Origin: an uncultured Chloroflexia bacterium
Lineage (GTDB): Bacteria; Chloroflexota; UBA6077; JACCZL01
DNA length: 64,000 nucleotides
Reading direction: 5' to 3'
NCBI GenBank assembly: GCA_963765765.1
Contig: CAVXYC010000015.1
Location: forward strand, 128,001 to 192,000
The stretch's first letter is position 1. Each line of letters starts with the position of its first letter. Below the pieces are notes generated by a model. It worked only from the letters and a program-made list of their open reading frames with translations. It was not told the DNA's origin and searched no databases. The position numbers and the translations under genes were made by a program. Shown one piece after another: positions 11,169 through 22,623 of the stretch.

Positions 11169-12830
11169 CCTTCCCTCCTCCCTTCCACGATCGCCTCGGC
11201 GTCATCGTCGCCGGCTCGCTCATTGACGGGCTGACGGCGCGGTTGGACGCTCAGGCTTCGGTTGAGGACATGCGCGTTGGGAAGTTCGTGCGCATCTCTG
11301 GGGAGAAGCACGATTTCTTCTGCCTGGTTACGGACGTTGAGCTGGGCGCATCCAATGCCCAGATCGCGGAGCAACCGCCGGACCCTGATGACGGCTTCTT
11401 GCGTCAAATCCTGGCAGGCACCGCCACGTTCGGCACCATTTCCGTCCAGCCAATGATGATGTTCGATCGAGCGCTCCTCGCCGAAGGTCAGGTGGACGTG
11501 GACTCTGCTCGCGCGGTGAAGACGGTGCCGGTGCACTTCTCGGCCGTGCACGCTGGCGGACGAAGAGGATTTCAAGCGAGTCTTCGGCGTGGAGGATCAG
11601 GAGCACCCCAATCACTTTGAGATCGGACGCCCCCTGGACATGGACGTGCCGGTCTGTCTCGATTTGAAGCAGTTCGTGGAGCGCTCGAACGGCGTCTTTG
11701 GCAAGTCTGGTACGGGTAAGAGCTTCCTGACGCGGCTGCTTCTGGCTGGCGTGGTGCGCTCCAAAGCCGCGGTGAACCTCATTTTCGATATGCACAGCGA
11801 ATACGGTTGGTCGAGTCAGAGTGAGTCGGGAGACCGTCGGCTGGTGAAGGGGCTCAGTCAGCTTTTCGGCTCTCAGGTGTCGGCATTCACCGTTGACGAG
11901 CGCTCCACGCACCGCCGCGATGTGCGCCCAACGCCGGTGCGGATAGGACTGGACGAGATCGATGTCGAGGACATCGTTCTCCTGCAGGATGAGCTCAAGC
12001 TCAATCCGACGGCGGTGGAGCACTCACATCTTCTGATGGACGAGTTCAAGGGCCAGTGGATTTCGCGCCTGCTGGAGATGGACAACGATGAAGTCGGCGA
12101 ATTTTGCAGTCGGCGTGGCGGGAATCAGCAGGCAGTTGCGGCGCTCAAGCGGAAGCTAGGTGAGATTCAGCGCCTCGATTTTGTGGACGCCCACGTCGAG
12201 GTCTCGGCCGTTGACAAGATCGTCCAGTGCCTGGAGCAGGGCACGCATGTCGTGCTCGAGTTCGGTCATCATCGCGGCCTGCTGCCGTACATGCTCGTGG
12301 CCAATGTGTTGACGCGCCGCATCCACCAGAGGTGGGTGGACAAGACCGAGCGCTACAAGGCCAGCCAGCAAGCCTCGGACGAGCCCCGGCAGCTCATGAT
12401 TACCATCGAAGAGGCGCACCGCTTTCTCAACTCACAGGCGGCGCGACAGACCATTTTTGGAACGATCGCCCGTGAGCTTCGGAAGTTCTACGTCACGCTG
12501 CTTGTTGTAGATCAAAGGCCATCCGGGATCGATGACGAGGTGCTTTCGCAGATAGGTACGCGCGTTACCTGTCAGCTCAACGACGAACGGGATATCGATG
12601 CGATTCTGGCTGGTATGCGTAATCGCGATCAGCTTCGCTCGGTGCTGAGCACCCTCGAGTCTCGGCAACAAGCCATGCTCGTGGGCCATGCCGTTCCGAT
12701 GCCGGTCATCATCCGGACGCGGTTGTATGACGAGGATTTTTACCGAGCCATGGCTGTGCCCCAGTGGAGTGCTGCCACAACCGGACGCGCTGGCGACGAA
12801 TATGAGCGGCTCTACGGGGTCGGGGAATGA
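11165..12830 (+). CDS. herA: HerA helicase/translocase (HAS barrel + ATPase; frameshift near 11555)
   Basis: N-terminal barrel; Walker A GKSGTGKS, FDMHSEY, Walker B IEEAH, ARELRK, DQRPS. Confidence 0.9.
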
Positions 12831-14044
12831 TTCGATTCGTCCACGTGGCAGACGTCCATATCGGCATGGATAACTACGGTCGAGTGAATCCGGCCACCGG
12901 CATGTCTACCAGGCTGGAGGATTTCCTCAACACCCTGGATGAGTCGGTCGATTGCGCCATTGAGCGGAACGCTGACCTTTATGTACTGGCCGGTGATATC
13001 TACAAGACGCGCGACCCAACGCCAACGCATCAGCGTGAATTCGCTCGGCGCATTCGGAAGCTCACCGGCGCGGGCATTCAGGTTGTGATGGTGGCAGGGA
13101 ATCACGACCTGCCGCTCTCACCAAGTCGGGCGACTGCGATCGATATCTTTTCCGCGCTCGATGTGCCGGGTGTTCACGTGGCAAGGGTCATTCGCTCGAT
13201 GCGCATCGAGACGCGAAATGGCCCGGTGCAGATCCTCGCGTTGCCCTGGATGACGCGCAGCATTGTGTTCGCGGACGATCAGCACAAGGGAGCGACGATC
13301 GAGGAGCTGAACCAGCGCATGGTCCAGATGTCCACCGACCGTCTTCGTCAGATCGGGGAGGACCTTGATCCGGAGATCCCCACGATGGTTATTGCGCACG
13401 CCCACGTCTTCGGTGCGAAGATCGGTGCTGAGCGCATGCTGAATGTCGGGCGTGATCCAGTACTTGCTCTCGATGCGTTCCCGGTGCAGAACATTGGATA
13501 CATTGCTCTCGGGCACATACACCGCCACCAGGCGCTCATCACGACTGACCCCGCCGTTGTCTATCCAGGGAGTATCAATCGGGTGGATTTCGGCGAAGAG
13601 GACGAAGACAAGGGTTTTGTCCTGGGCGAGCTGCACGTGGGTCGCTGCAAATGGGAGTTCGTCCCAGTAAAAGCGCGCCCATTCCTGACAATCTCAGCCG
13701 CTGTCGACGAGGATGCGCCGATGGATTCGGTGATCCAGGCGATCCGCTCGCAAGAAGATCGGCTGCAGAACGCGGTTGTCCGCGTGCAGCTGGTGACGAC
13801 TCGCGCGGGGGGATTGCTGGTCAAAGACGACGCGATCCGAGCCGAGCTGAAGTCCGCGTTTCTGGTTGCGCCGGTTCACCGCCAGTACTCCGATGATCTG
13901 GATCGGCAGCACGTGGAAATGCCAACTGGGCTGGCGCCTCTGGACGCGCTCGAGCTCTATTTGAGGCGCACCGGGCGATACGATGCCGACCGACAGCGCA
14001 CGTTGTTGGAGTACGCGCGCCGTCTCATGGCAGCCCGAGTTTAG
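12827..14044 (+). CDS. sbcD: SbcD/Mre11 nuclease
   Basis: HVADVHIG, AGD, GNHD, HAH, ALGHIH, YPGS...DFGE. Confidence 0.94.
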   Translation: MIRFVHVADVHIGMDNYGRVNPATGMSTRLEDFLNTLDESVDCAIERNADLYVLAGDIYKTRDPTPTHQREFARRIRKLTGAGIQVVMVAGNHDLPLSPSRATAIDIFSALDVPGVHVARVIRSMRIETRNGPVQILALPWMTRSIVFADDQHKGATIEELNQRMVQMSTDRLRQIGEDLDPEIPTMVIAHAHVFGAKIGAERMLNVGRDPVLALDAFPVQNIGYIALGHIHRHQALITTDPAVVYPGSINRVDFGEEDEDKGFVLGELHVGRCKWEFVPVKARPFLTISAAVDEDAPMDSVIQAIRSQEDRLQNAVVRVQLVTTRAGGLLVKDDAIRAELKSAFLVAPVHRQYSDDLDRQHVEMPTGLAPLDALELYLRRTGRYDADRQRTLLEYARRLMAARV

Positions 14045-14064
14045 GTGCGCCAGGAAGCGCAACC

Positions 14065-16617
14065 TTGATTCCGCTCAAGCTCGGCATGCGCAATTTCATG
14101 TGCTACACCGACGTGCACGAGACGCTGGATTTCTCGGGCATTCACGTCGCGTGTCTCTCGGGAGACAACGGGCACGGAAAATCCACGCTGCTGGATGCCA
14201 TCACCTGGTCCCTCTGGGGGAGATCCAGGGCGCGCTTCGCCGATGAGCTCATTCACTCTGGTCGTACCGAGATGGAGGTGGAGTTCGAGTTTCTCCTGGA
14301 CGACCAGCGATACCGAGTCATTCGAAAGCGCGAAAGTCGAGGCGCTGGCAAGACAGTGCTCGAGCTGGCGGGCTTCTATGAAGACGGCTGGAGGCCACTG
14401 ACTGGTAACACGGTGGCCGAGACCGAACGTCAAATCCAGCAGCTCCTGCGTATGAGCTACGAGACGTTCACGCAGTCATCGTTCATTCTCCAGGGACGGG
14501 CAGACACATTTACCACCGCCACACCCGCTCAGCGTAAGCAAGTGCTGGGTGAGATCCTGGGACTGTCGTACTACGACGAGCTGGAAGGGCTTGCCCGAGA
14601 TCACGCGCGCAACCGGCAGGAGCAAGCAAGCAATATTCGCCTCCGCGTGGAGGAGACAGAGCGAGAGCTGGCTCGAAAGCCCGAGATCGAGGCCGAGCGA
14701 GATCGGTGCGAGGCACGTCTGGCCGGAATCGATCAGGAGATCGAGAAGGCGGAGCTTCGGTTGGCGGGGGCGCAGGCCACGTTAGCGCAGCTCGTCTCGG
14801 CCGAAGGTCAACTAGAGGATGTCCAACGAAACCTCGAGTCACTGCGAAACGAGCGCAACCAGGTGCAGAAGCGCCGTGAGCAGCTTTCGCAACGCCTGGA
14901 GAAGGCCAATCGAACCCTTGCGCGGGAAGAAGAGGTCCGAGAGGGCCATCAACGGCTCATGGCCGCCCGGATTGAGCTAGCGTCGCTCAACGATCGATTG
15001 CGGGAGCATGCTCGTCTGACGTCTGAAGCGGCGGTGATCGAGCGCGAGATTGCGGCGCGGCGAGGGGCGGCTGAGTCGGCCGTGCAGACGCTACGCGAGC
15101 GGCTGACTTCGCTACAGGCCACGGCGAGCCAGCTCAACGATCTTGAGCGACAGAGGGCGGACGTCGATGCTCGGCTTGCCGCTCTAAGCACGCAGGAGCA
15201 ACGTCGTATCGAGGTGGAAAAGAAACGACACGCGTTGAGCGAACGTCTTGGCGCTCTGCGAGGCTTGAACGAGCGGCTCCTGGCGGACATGGTGAGCCTC
15301 AGGCAGAGGATCAATCAACTTGCCGGGGCGGACGCCTGCCCGCTCTGCCGGGCTGAGCTATCGCCGGCACGCCATGCGCATGTCACCAGTGACTACGAAT
15401 CGCAGGGCCAACAGCTCAAGCAGCACTATCAGAGGAACAAGCATGAAGCGTCGCGGGCGGAAGTAGAGGCTGAAGCACTCTGCGCCGAATACGATCAGCT
15501 CGGAGTGGCGTTGGCCGAGGCCCCGGCGCTCCAGCGGCTCCAGGCGAGTATCGCGGCTTCCCTTGAGCAGACGCGCTCTGCCGAGACTGAGCTCCGTGAC
15601 GGTCAAGCCCGACTCGCCGAATTGACCCGAGCATTGGAAGACCAATCCTTCGCCGCCGCGGAGCACGCGCGCCTGGCGCCGCTACAGAAACAGATCGCAC
15701 TGCTGGAATATCGTCCCGAGCGTCACGACGAGCTTCAGGCGAGCATCGGGCAGCTTCAGCAATTCGAGCAGGCTCAGGCAACGCTGGAACAAGCGCGACG
15801 CGTGGTTGAGGAAGAGCGTCCTCATTTTGATGAGGTTGAGCAGAGCCTGCTGCGATTGAGTGCCATGGTGGCCGAATCGGAACAGCGCATGGCCTTGTTG
15901 AGCGAGCAGGCACGCGGTGTTGCCAATGCTCGCTCAGCCGCTGAAGCTGCCGACAGTGAGGCCCGCCAACGCCGCCGCGAGCGCGATACAGTGGCAGATG
16001 AGCTTGCCGCCGCCCGTCAGCAGCTTCAGTTCTGCGAGCGCCAAGCCGAGGTGCGTCGCGAGCTAGAGCGCGAGCTTCAGGCAGTTCTCAAGGAGCAGGG
16101 CATTTACGCCGACCTCGTTCTTGCCTTGGGGAAGAACGGTATGCAGGCAATGCTCATCGATACAGCCATTCCTGAGCTGGACGAACACGCGAATTCTCTG
16201 CTCACCCGTATGACTGATGGTCGGATGCACGTGAAGCTGGAGATGCAGCGACCCAAGCGCAGCGGCGGTGGTATGGCAGAGACGCTGGACATCAAAATCA
16301 GCGATGAGCTGGGCACGCGTAGTTACGAGCTGTACTCAGGTGGAGAAGCGTTCAGAATTAATTTCGCGCTCCGAATTGCTCTCTCGCGGCTCCTGGCAAG
16401 ACGAGCCGGCGCGCGTCTGCAGACGCTTGTGATCGACGAAGGCTTCGGAAGTCAGGACGTGGACGGTCGAGATCGGCTGGTTGACGCGATCAAGGCCATC
16501 CAGGACGACTTCGAAAAGATCCTGGTCATCACGCACATCGCTGAGCTGAAGGATGTGTTTCCGGTGAGGATCGAGGTTTCCAAGACGCCCGCTGGGTCCG
16601 TGATCGCGCTCACCTGA
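14065..16617 (+). CDS. sbcC: SbcC/Rad50 SMC-family ATPase
   Basis: GDNGHGKS, coiled coil with CPLC zinc hook, YSGGE signature, IDEGFGSQD, VITH. Confidence 0.95.
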   Translation: MIPLKLGMRNFMCYTDVHETLDFSGIHVACLSGDNGHGKSTLLDAITWSLWGRSRARFADELIHSGRTEMEVEFEFLLDDQRYRVIRKRESRGAGKTVLELAGFYEDGWRPLTGNTVAETERQIQQLLRMSYETFTQSSFILQGRADTFTTATPAQRKQVLGEILGLSYYDELEGLARDHARNRQEQASNIRLRVEETERELARKPEIEAERDRCEARLAGIDQEIEKAELRLAGAQATLAQLVSAEGQLEDVQRNLESLRNERNQVQKRREQLSQRLEKANRTLAREEEVREGHQRLMAARIELASLNDRLREHARLTSEAAVIEREIAARRGAAESAVQTLRERLTSLQATASQLNDLERQRADVDARLAALSTQEQRRIEVEKKRHALSERLGALRGLNERLLADMVSLRQRINQLAGADACPLCRAELSPARHAHVTSDYESQGQQLKQHYQRNKHEASRAEVEAEALCAEYDQLGVALAEAPALQRLQASIAASLEQTRSAETELRDGQARLAELTRALEDQSFAAAEHARLAPLQKQIALLEYRPERHDELQASIGQLQQFEQAQATLEQARRVVEEERPHFDEVEQSLLRLSAMVAESEQRMALLSEQARGVANARSAAEAADSEARQRRRERDTVADELAAARQQLQFCERQAEVRRELERELQAVLKEQGIYADLVLALGKNGMQAMLIDTAIPELDEHANSLLTRMTDGRMHVKLEMQRPKRSGGGMAETLDIKISDELGTRSYELYSGGEAFRINFALRIALSRLLARRAGARLQTLVIDEGFGSQDVDGRDRLVDAIKAIQDDFEKILVITHIAELKDVFPVRIEVSKTPAGSVIALT

Positions 16618-16720
16618 GCGGGGGACAAAGGGGACAACAGAGAACATCGGACAACAGGGACATCAAGGACGGGTCTCTGTTGTCCTTGAGACCCTATTCC
16701 CCATGCGCTCCCGGTGCTAG

Positions 16721-17555
<835 letters not shown>

Positions 17556-17580
17556 ATCCAGCTCCGTTGACCGGCACCGT

Positions 17581-17692
17581 AGGCGCTCTGGAGTGCGGCG
17601 TGTGAGCGCCGCTTTGGATTGGACCCGAAATCTCTGGTGCGGATACTGGAAGAGTCCAAAGCGGCGCTCACACGCCGCACTCCAGAGCGCCT
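17581..17692. repeat. Perfect 38-bp inverted repeat (REP-like doublet, TGGAGTGCGG type)
   Basis: aggcgctctggagtgcggcgtgtgagcgccgctttgga 17581-17618 is the reverse complement of 17655-17692. Confidence 0.92.
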
Positions 17693-17716
17693 CAGAGGAA
17701 GTTGGAGCGCTGACAG

Positions 17717-18634
17717 ATGACTGAGTCGGAAACCATTGCCGTTGGGTACGCAACTGAGGGGCAGGGAGCGGGCCCGGTCTTCGTGACCCAGCGCGCGGGG
17801 CTCTTCGCTGCCGAAGGCCTGGATGTGACTGTGCGACAGCTCGGGAGCGCCAGCGGTGTCATTCGTGGGCTGATCGATGGTGAGGTGGTCTTTGGCAATC
17901 TGGCCGCCCCGGCGCTCGTCCGCGCCGGACTCGACGGCGCTCCAATTCGCTACATCACGGGCGGGATCAACCAGCAATTTCTTGTCGGCCGACCGGGAAT
18001 CTCGAGTGTGGCGGAGCTCCAGAACGGCCGTCTCGGCGCGAGCGGGCCGAATGACCTTGGCTACCTGCTCAATCGATTCCTGATCACGCAGCTCGAGCCG
18101 CGGGGTATTCAGGGACTCACGATTGTCGATGCTGGCAGTGGTCGAGAGCGGCTTCAGCAGCTACTCAAAGGCGAGATCGACGCTGCGCCAATCTCACCTC
18201 CCGTGGCAATTGAAGCACGCCGAGCCGGTTGTCCATTTCTTCTTGACTTCGCCGAATTCGGATTGAACTTCACGCTTGGCGGCGTGGCAACGACGCAGGA
18301 CATGATCGATCGTCGTCCCGATCTCGTTCGGCGATTTGTTCGCGCCTACATTGGCGGGATGCATCGCTACAAGACAGATCCTGCGTTTACGATGCAGGTT
18401 CAGGCTGAATACAGCGGGCTTACCGATTCGACGATCGCGGAAGAGACATACGCCATGACGGAGCCCGGGTTTCCTCGCGCGCCGTATCCCGTGACTTCAG
18501 GGCTTGAGATCTTGCTCCAGACGCTGGCGATCGAAGATCCACGGGCAGCAACCGCCAACGCCGCCGATCTCATCGACGATCGGTTCGTGCGCGAGCTCGA
18601 CACTTCGGGGTGGATCGAGCGACTTTACACCTGA
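17717..18634 (+). CDS. ABC transporter substrate-binding protein, NMT1/SsuA-like
   Basis: GLFAAEGLDV, LLKGEIDAA, RPDLVRRFVRA, IDDRFVREL..SG.I..LY. Confidence 0.8.
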   Translation: MTESETIAVGYATEGQGAGPVFVTQRAGLFAAEGLDVTVRQLGSASGVIRGLIDGEVVFGNLAAPALVRAGLDGAPIRYITGGINQQFLVGRPGISSVAELQNGRLGASGPNDLGYLLNRFLITQLEPRGIQGLTIVDAGSGRERLQQLLKGEIDAAPISPPVAIEARRAGCPFLLDFAEFGLNFTLGGVATTQDMIDRRPDLVRRFVRAYIGGMHRYKTDPAFTMQVQAEYSGLTDSTIAEETYAMTEPGFPRAPYPVTSGLEILLQTLAIEDPRAATANAADLIDDRFVRELDTSGWIERLYT

Positions 18635-18835
18635 TGCAGGTCATTGGCGATTAGCCCTTTGCCTCTTCGCCGGGCGGACGAACGAGATAGAGTGCGACGA
18701 TGCAGAGGACTCAGGTCGCCGTCATGAACAGCAAGCCACGTCGGATTAGTGAGCCGCGAACTACCTGTCCGATCACCAGGCCGCTATAGTTTCCCAATCG
18801 CCAGGTGTCAGCAATGAGGACGGAGGCAAGGGACC

Positions 18836-19890
18836 ATGACGCAGCTATCGAGCATTGTGACTTCCGAAGCGGAGCTGCAGGAGTACTACGCGGAGCTTCG
18901 ATCGCAACACGTCAAACCCGCGTGGATCGGAGCACACCAGACCGACAAGCCCACGACCAAAGTCGTGCCGTATGTCTGGCACTGGCGCGACTTGCGACCG
19001 CAGGTCATGCGCGCGGCCCAGCTCATTGGCACCGATCAGGCGGAACGTCGCGTGCTGCGCATGACCAACCCGGGACTCGAGGAGTCGGCGAGCAACACGC
19101 TGGTTGCCAACTTTCAAATTGTCATGCCTGGCGAGATCGCGCGGGCACACCGCCATTCCGCGTCTGCGCTGCGTTTCATCGTCGAAGGCGACGGTGGATC
19201 CACGATCGTCAACGGCGTCCGTATTCCCATGTACCCCGGCGACCTGGTCCTGACGCCCAACTGGACATGGCACGACCACATCAACGACACCGCCGAACCG
19301 ATGATCTGGCTGGACGGCCTTGACACACCCCTGGTGCGCATGCTGGAGGCGGGGTTCTACGAGCAGTTTGGCCAGGACTCACAGCAGGTCGGTCCGAACG
19401 ATGACCCGTCGCTGATGAATGCTGGCTATGGCGGTTTACGGCCGTCATGGGAGCCCGCCTCGAGCCCGAGATACTCGCCGCTGTGGCATTACCCCTTGTC
19501 CCAGGCGGTGGCTGCGCTGGAGCGCCTATCCGCTGAGACCCAGGGCAGTCCGTTCGACGGTGCGATCCTCGAGTACACCAGCCCGCTCACGGGTGGCTCG
19601 GTAATGCCAACCATCGGCTGCTACATCCAGCGCTGCGTCCTGGTGAGCACACGCGAGCCCACCGACACGTCTGCTGCACCAACTACCACGTCATCGAGGG
19701 CTCCGGGTATTCGCTCGTCGGCGACCAGCGCCTGGAGTGGGACGACAAAGATGTCTTCACGGTGCCTACCTGGACCACCCACGAGCACGTCAACAACGGC
19801 GATCGTCCTGCTTATCTGTTCAGCTTCACCGACGCGCCCGCCATGAAGGCGCTGGACCTGTATCGCGAAGAGTCGGTGGAGTCGGAGTAA
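18836..19890 (+). CDS. Bicupin gentisate 1,2-dioxygenase-like protein (frameshift near 19632)
   Basis: AERRVL..NPG, HRHSASALRF, TPNWTWHDH, WLDGLD; second cupin HRH..YHVIEG..P.WT.HEH in the shifted frame. Confidence 0.88.
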
Positions 19891-20280
19891 GGACGCCCGC
19901 TTGTAGCGCAGTGGTCTTGCGCCCCGCGCCCCGAGACTCTCGTCGACCTGAAATGGCGGTTCAGGGTCCCGTTTCACCGTAGTGGCGTCCTTTACGGGCG
20001 CCACCTAGATACAATTGCCGCGACCGCTACCTGGATATCTAGGTTGCGTCCCTTTGCGGACCCCACTACGGACGATCGACGTGGGATGAGCGGGAACAGA
20101 TGCCGCCGGACAGGCCTATACGGCTCCAGTCGGCGAGTCGGACTAGTTCTGGACGGTGCTCAAGGTCTTAGCGTGCGAGCGCAACACCACCCAGCTACAC
20201 CGGTGACGAATGATTGAGCCCGATTACTTCTCCGTCGGTTAGGCTGATGCTGAGCCATCTTCTCGCCACTGGAACTGACG

Positions 20281-20802
20281 ATGATCATCTACCTGCTTAG
20301 GCATGGCATTGCCGAAGATCGTGACGCGGCCGGTGTTGGCAGCGACGCGGAGCGGCAGCTCACCGCCAAAGGCGTGCGGCGCATCGAGCGTGAAGCCTCG
20401 GGCATGCGGTTGCTCGGCATCGAGCCCGATCACATCTTCACCAGCCCGCTGATCCGGGCCGAAGAGACGGCGCGCATTGTTGCGGATAAGTACGATGGCG
20501 AGATCGATGTCACGGTGACGGATGCGCTTGCGCCCGGCCGCGGTTTTGGGGCGCCCCTCGACGATCAGAGTCCCGTCGTGGCGCTCCTCCGTCAGCCGGA
20601 GCTAGAGAGTGCCATGCTCGTCGGCCACGAGCCTGATTTGTCCCAGCTCGCCTCGTTGCTCCTGACAGGCGCCTTGAATCTCAATCTGCAGCTCAAGAAG
20701 GGTGGTCTGTGCGCCATAGACTTCCAGGACCCGATATGCAGCCACAAGAACTCGCTGTTATGGCTCCTGGCGCCGAAGCAGCTTCGGGCCGTGCGAGCCT
20801 AG
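20281..20802 (+). CDS. sixA: Phosphohistidine phosphatase SixA
   Basis: YLLRHGIAE, RQLT.KG, TSPLIRAEETA, LVGHEPDL, LKKGG. Confidence 0.9.
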   Translation: MIIYLLRHGIAEDRDAAGVGSDAERQLTAKGVRRIEREASGMRLLGIEPDHIFTSPLIRAEETARIVADKYDGEIDVTVTDALAPGRGFGAPLDDQSPVVALLRQPELESAMLVGHEPDLSQLASLLLTGALNLNLQLKKGGLCAIDFQDPICSHKNSLLWLLAPKQLRAVRA

Positions 20803-20928
20803 CCGCGGCGCATCTCCTGAAGCTACTCGTCCACGGCGATCCCCCGGTAGACGCGCATCCCTGTCCTCAAATGTATCTAGGCGGGACGTAGGCGGTAATG
20901 CCCTGGCCATTTCCAGGAGCCTCACATT

Positions 20929-22578
20929 TCAGCCGTCTGGGAGGCGGCCAGGAGCGACCAGTCGCCGCTCGCGAGCGCCGGGCAGAGCCTGGCTCACGTC
21001 GCAATTCGTTGTCGCGGCTTCGGCGACGGGGTCGAAGAGCTCCGGATGTCCGACGAGGATAGCGCCCTGGACCCTTCCGGACCGGAGGATGAGCTTGCGG
21101 TACCGGCGCGCGTCGCCTTCGTCGACGCGAATCTCAGCGACATCCTCGCCTGATGCCGTTATCTCCCCGACGGACAGGAGATCGATCCCGGCAACTTTCA
21201 GCTTGGTGGGGGGCGTGATGGCTCGATAGCGACGCGCCTCGCCGAGCATGTTGGCGGCCGCCACCCGGGCTTGTTCCACTCCAACCTGCCAGAGCCCGTG
21301 GACGCGGCCTTCGTAAGCGGCGACATCGCCGGCGGCGAAGATCTGAGGGTCCGACGTCGCCATGCGCTCGTCGACCACGACGCCCCGATCGATGGCGAGT
21401 CCGGCCGACTCCGCGAGCGCGACATTCGGCTTGATGCCCGTGGCCACGAGGCAGAGATCGGCCTCGAGGCGTTGGCCGTCCGAGAGCTCGACTTCCTCGA
21501 CGCGATCCGCACCGATGACGCGACGGGCCTGCACCTGGGGCAGGATCTTGATGCCCAGGTCGCTCATCATCTGCCAGAGCAGGGCGCCGGCGGGCCGATC
21601 GAGCTGGCGAGACAGCGGCCAGGGGGCGAGGTCGAGGACGAACACCCGCACGTCCATCTGGCTGATGCTCGATGCCGCTTCGAGCCCGAGCAGGCCACCG
21701 CCGATCACCACTGCCGTGCGGCACCGCCGGCGTCGGATGTGCTGCTGGAGCTGCACCGCGTCGTCGATGGACCGCAGGACGAAGCTGCCGGCCGTCCCGA
21801 AGCCGTCGATCGGCGGGACGAAGCACCCGGCGCCTGTGGCCAGAAGGAGGCGATCGTACGGGATCGTCTCACCGTCTTCCGTAGTCACCTGGCGCCGGTC
21901 GCGGTCGATCGAGCGGGCGGCCACCCCGCGGAGGTGGCGGATCTGGCGGCTCTCGGCCCAATCGTGGGGCATCAAATACAGTTGGCTGATCGCCATGGAT
22001 TCGCTGACCAGCTTGTTGATGACCATGCGATTGTAAAAGTCGTAGGGCTCCGCGCCGATGATCGTGATCTCGGCATCCGGGTGGCGATCACGAAGCTCGA
22101 CCGCCGCGGTGACGCCGGCGACGCCGTTCCCGAGGATCACCAGGCGCCGCACGTCCGCGGCCACCCGAACGGCCGCGGACACCGGCCCCGCGGACGCGGG
22201 CGCGAGGCCCGGCTCGGCCTGGACATCGATGCCCGGCGCAACCGTGATGGGGCCACGCACGCGGGCAGTGCAGGCCATGCGGCAGGCGGGCGGCAATCGC
22301 AGTCGCTGCAGCGTGGCGCGCTCCGCCGCTGATGGCGGAGACAAATTCTCCGCGCCCGCGATGATCCGTACCGGATCCGCCCCGCAGAGGCCCATCCGGC
22401 AGCCCGACTCGAGCGAGACCTGGTTCGCTTGCGCCACCTTGAGCAGTGACTCACCGGGGCGCGCAAGCACGGTCGGCCCGGGCGTAAAGCGGACCTCCGC
22501 TTTCTCGGGCAGAGTCTCGGCGTGGACCCGGAGCACGCTGTCGGCGACGCGTGGGGGCGTGTGGTGCTCCGTGGTCAT
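20929..22578 (-). CDS. 2Fe-2S ferredoxin fused to an FAD-dependent NAD(P)H oxidoreductase (rubredoxin reductase/NirB N-terminal-like)
   Basis: GCRMGLCGAD..RMAC ferredoxin; GNGVAG, LLLATG, GGGLLGLE, TSDPQIFAAGD. Confidence 0.85.
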   Translation of the reverse strand: MTTEHHTPPRVADSVLRVHAETLPEKAEVRFTPGPTVLARPGESLLKVAQANQVSLESGCRMGLCGADPVRIIAGAENLSPPSAAERATLQRLRLPPACRMACTARVRGPITVAPGIDVQAEPGLAPASAGPVSAAVRVAADVRRLVILGNGVAGVTAAVELRDRHPDAEITIIGAEPYDFYNRMVINKLVSESMAISQLYLMPHDWAESRQIRHLRGVAARSIDRDRRQVTTEDGETIPYDRLLLATGAGCFVPPIDGFGTAGSFVLRSIDDAVQLQQHIRRRRCRTAVVIGGGLLGLEAASSISQMDVRVFVLDLAPWPLSRQLDRPAGALLWQMMSDLGIKILPQVQARRVIGADRVEEVELSDGQRLEADLCLVATGIKPNVALAESAGLAIDRGVVVDERMATSDPQIFAAGDVAAYEGRVHGLWQVGVEQARVAAANMLGEARRYRAITPPTKLKVAGIDLLSVGEITASGEDVAEIRVDEGDARRYRKLILRSGRVQGAILVGHPELFDPVAEAATTNCDVSQALPGARERRLVAPGRLPDG

Positions 22579-22623
22579 CGATGCCTGCCGGCCACCGCGG
22601 TGCTTGCGTCTGGCACCACCGGA

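Noticed and set aside
11165-12830. HerA as an anti-phage system (Sir2-HerA or DUF4297-HerA)
   Set aside because: Its partners are NurA, SbcD and SbcC, a repair context
8867-12830. Programmed frameshifting in nurA/herA
   Set aside because: No slippery sequences at the shift points, and similar indels occur across the window; only the IS630 A7G site fits a known programmed shift
16621-16694. CRISPR array (here or at the REP doublets)
   Set aside because: No constant direct repeats with unique spacers, and no cas genes
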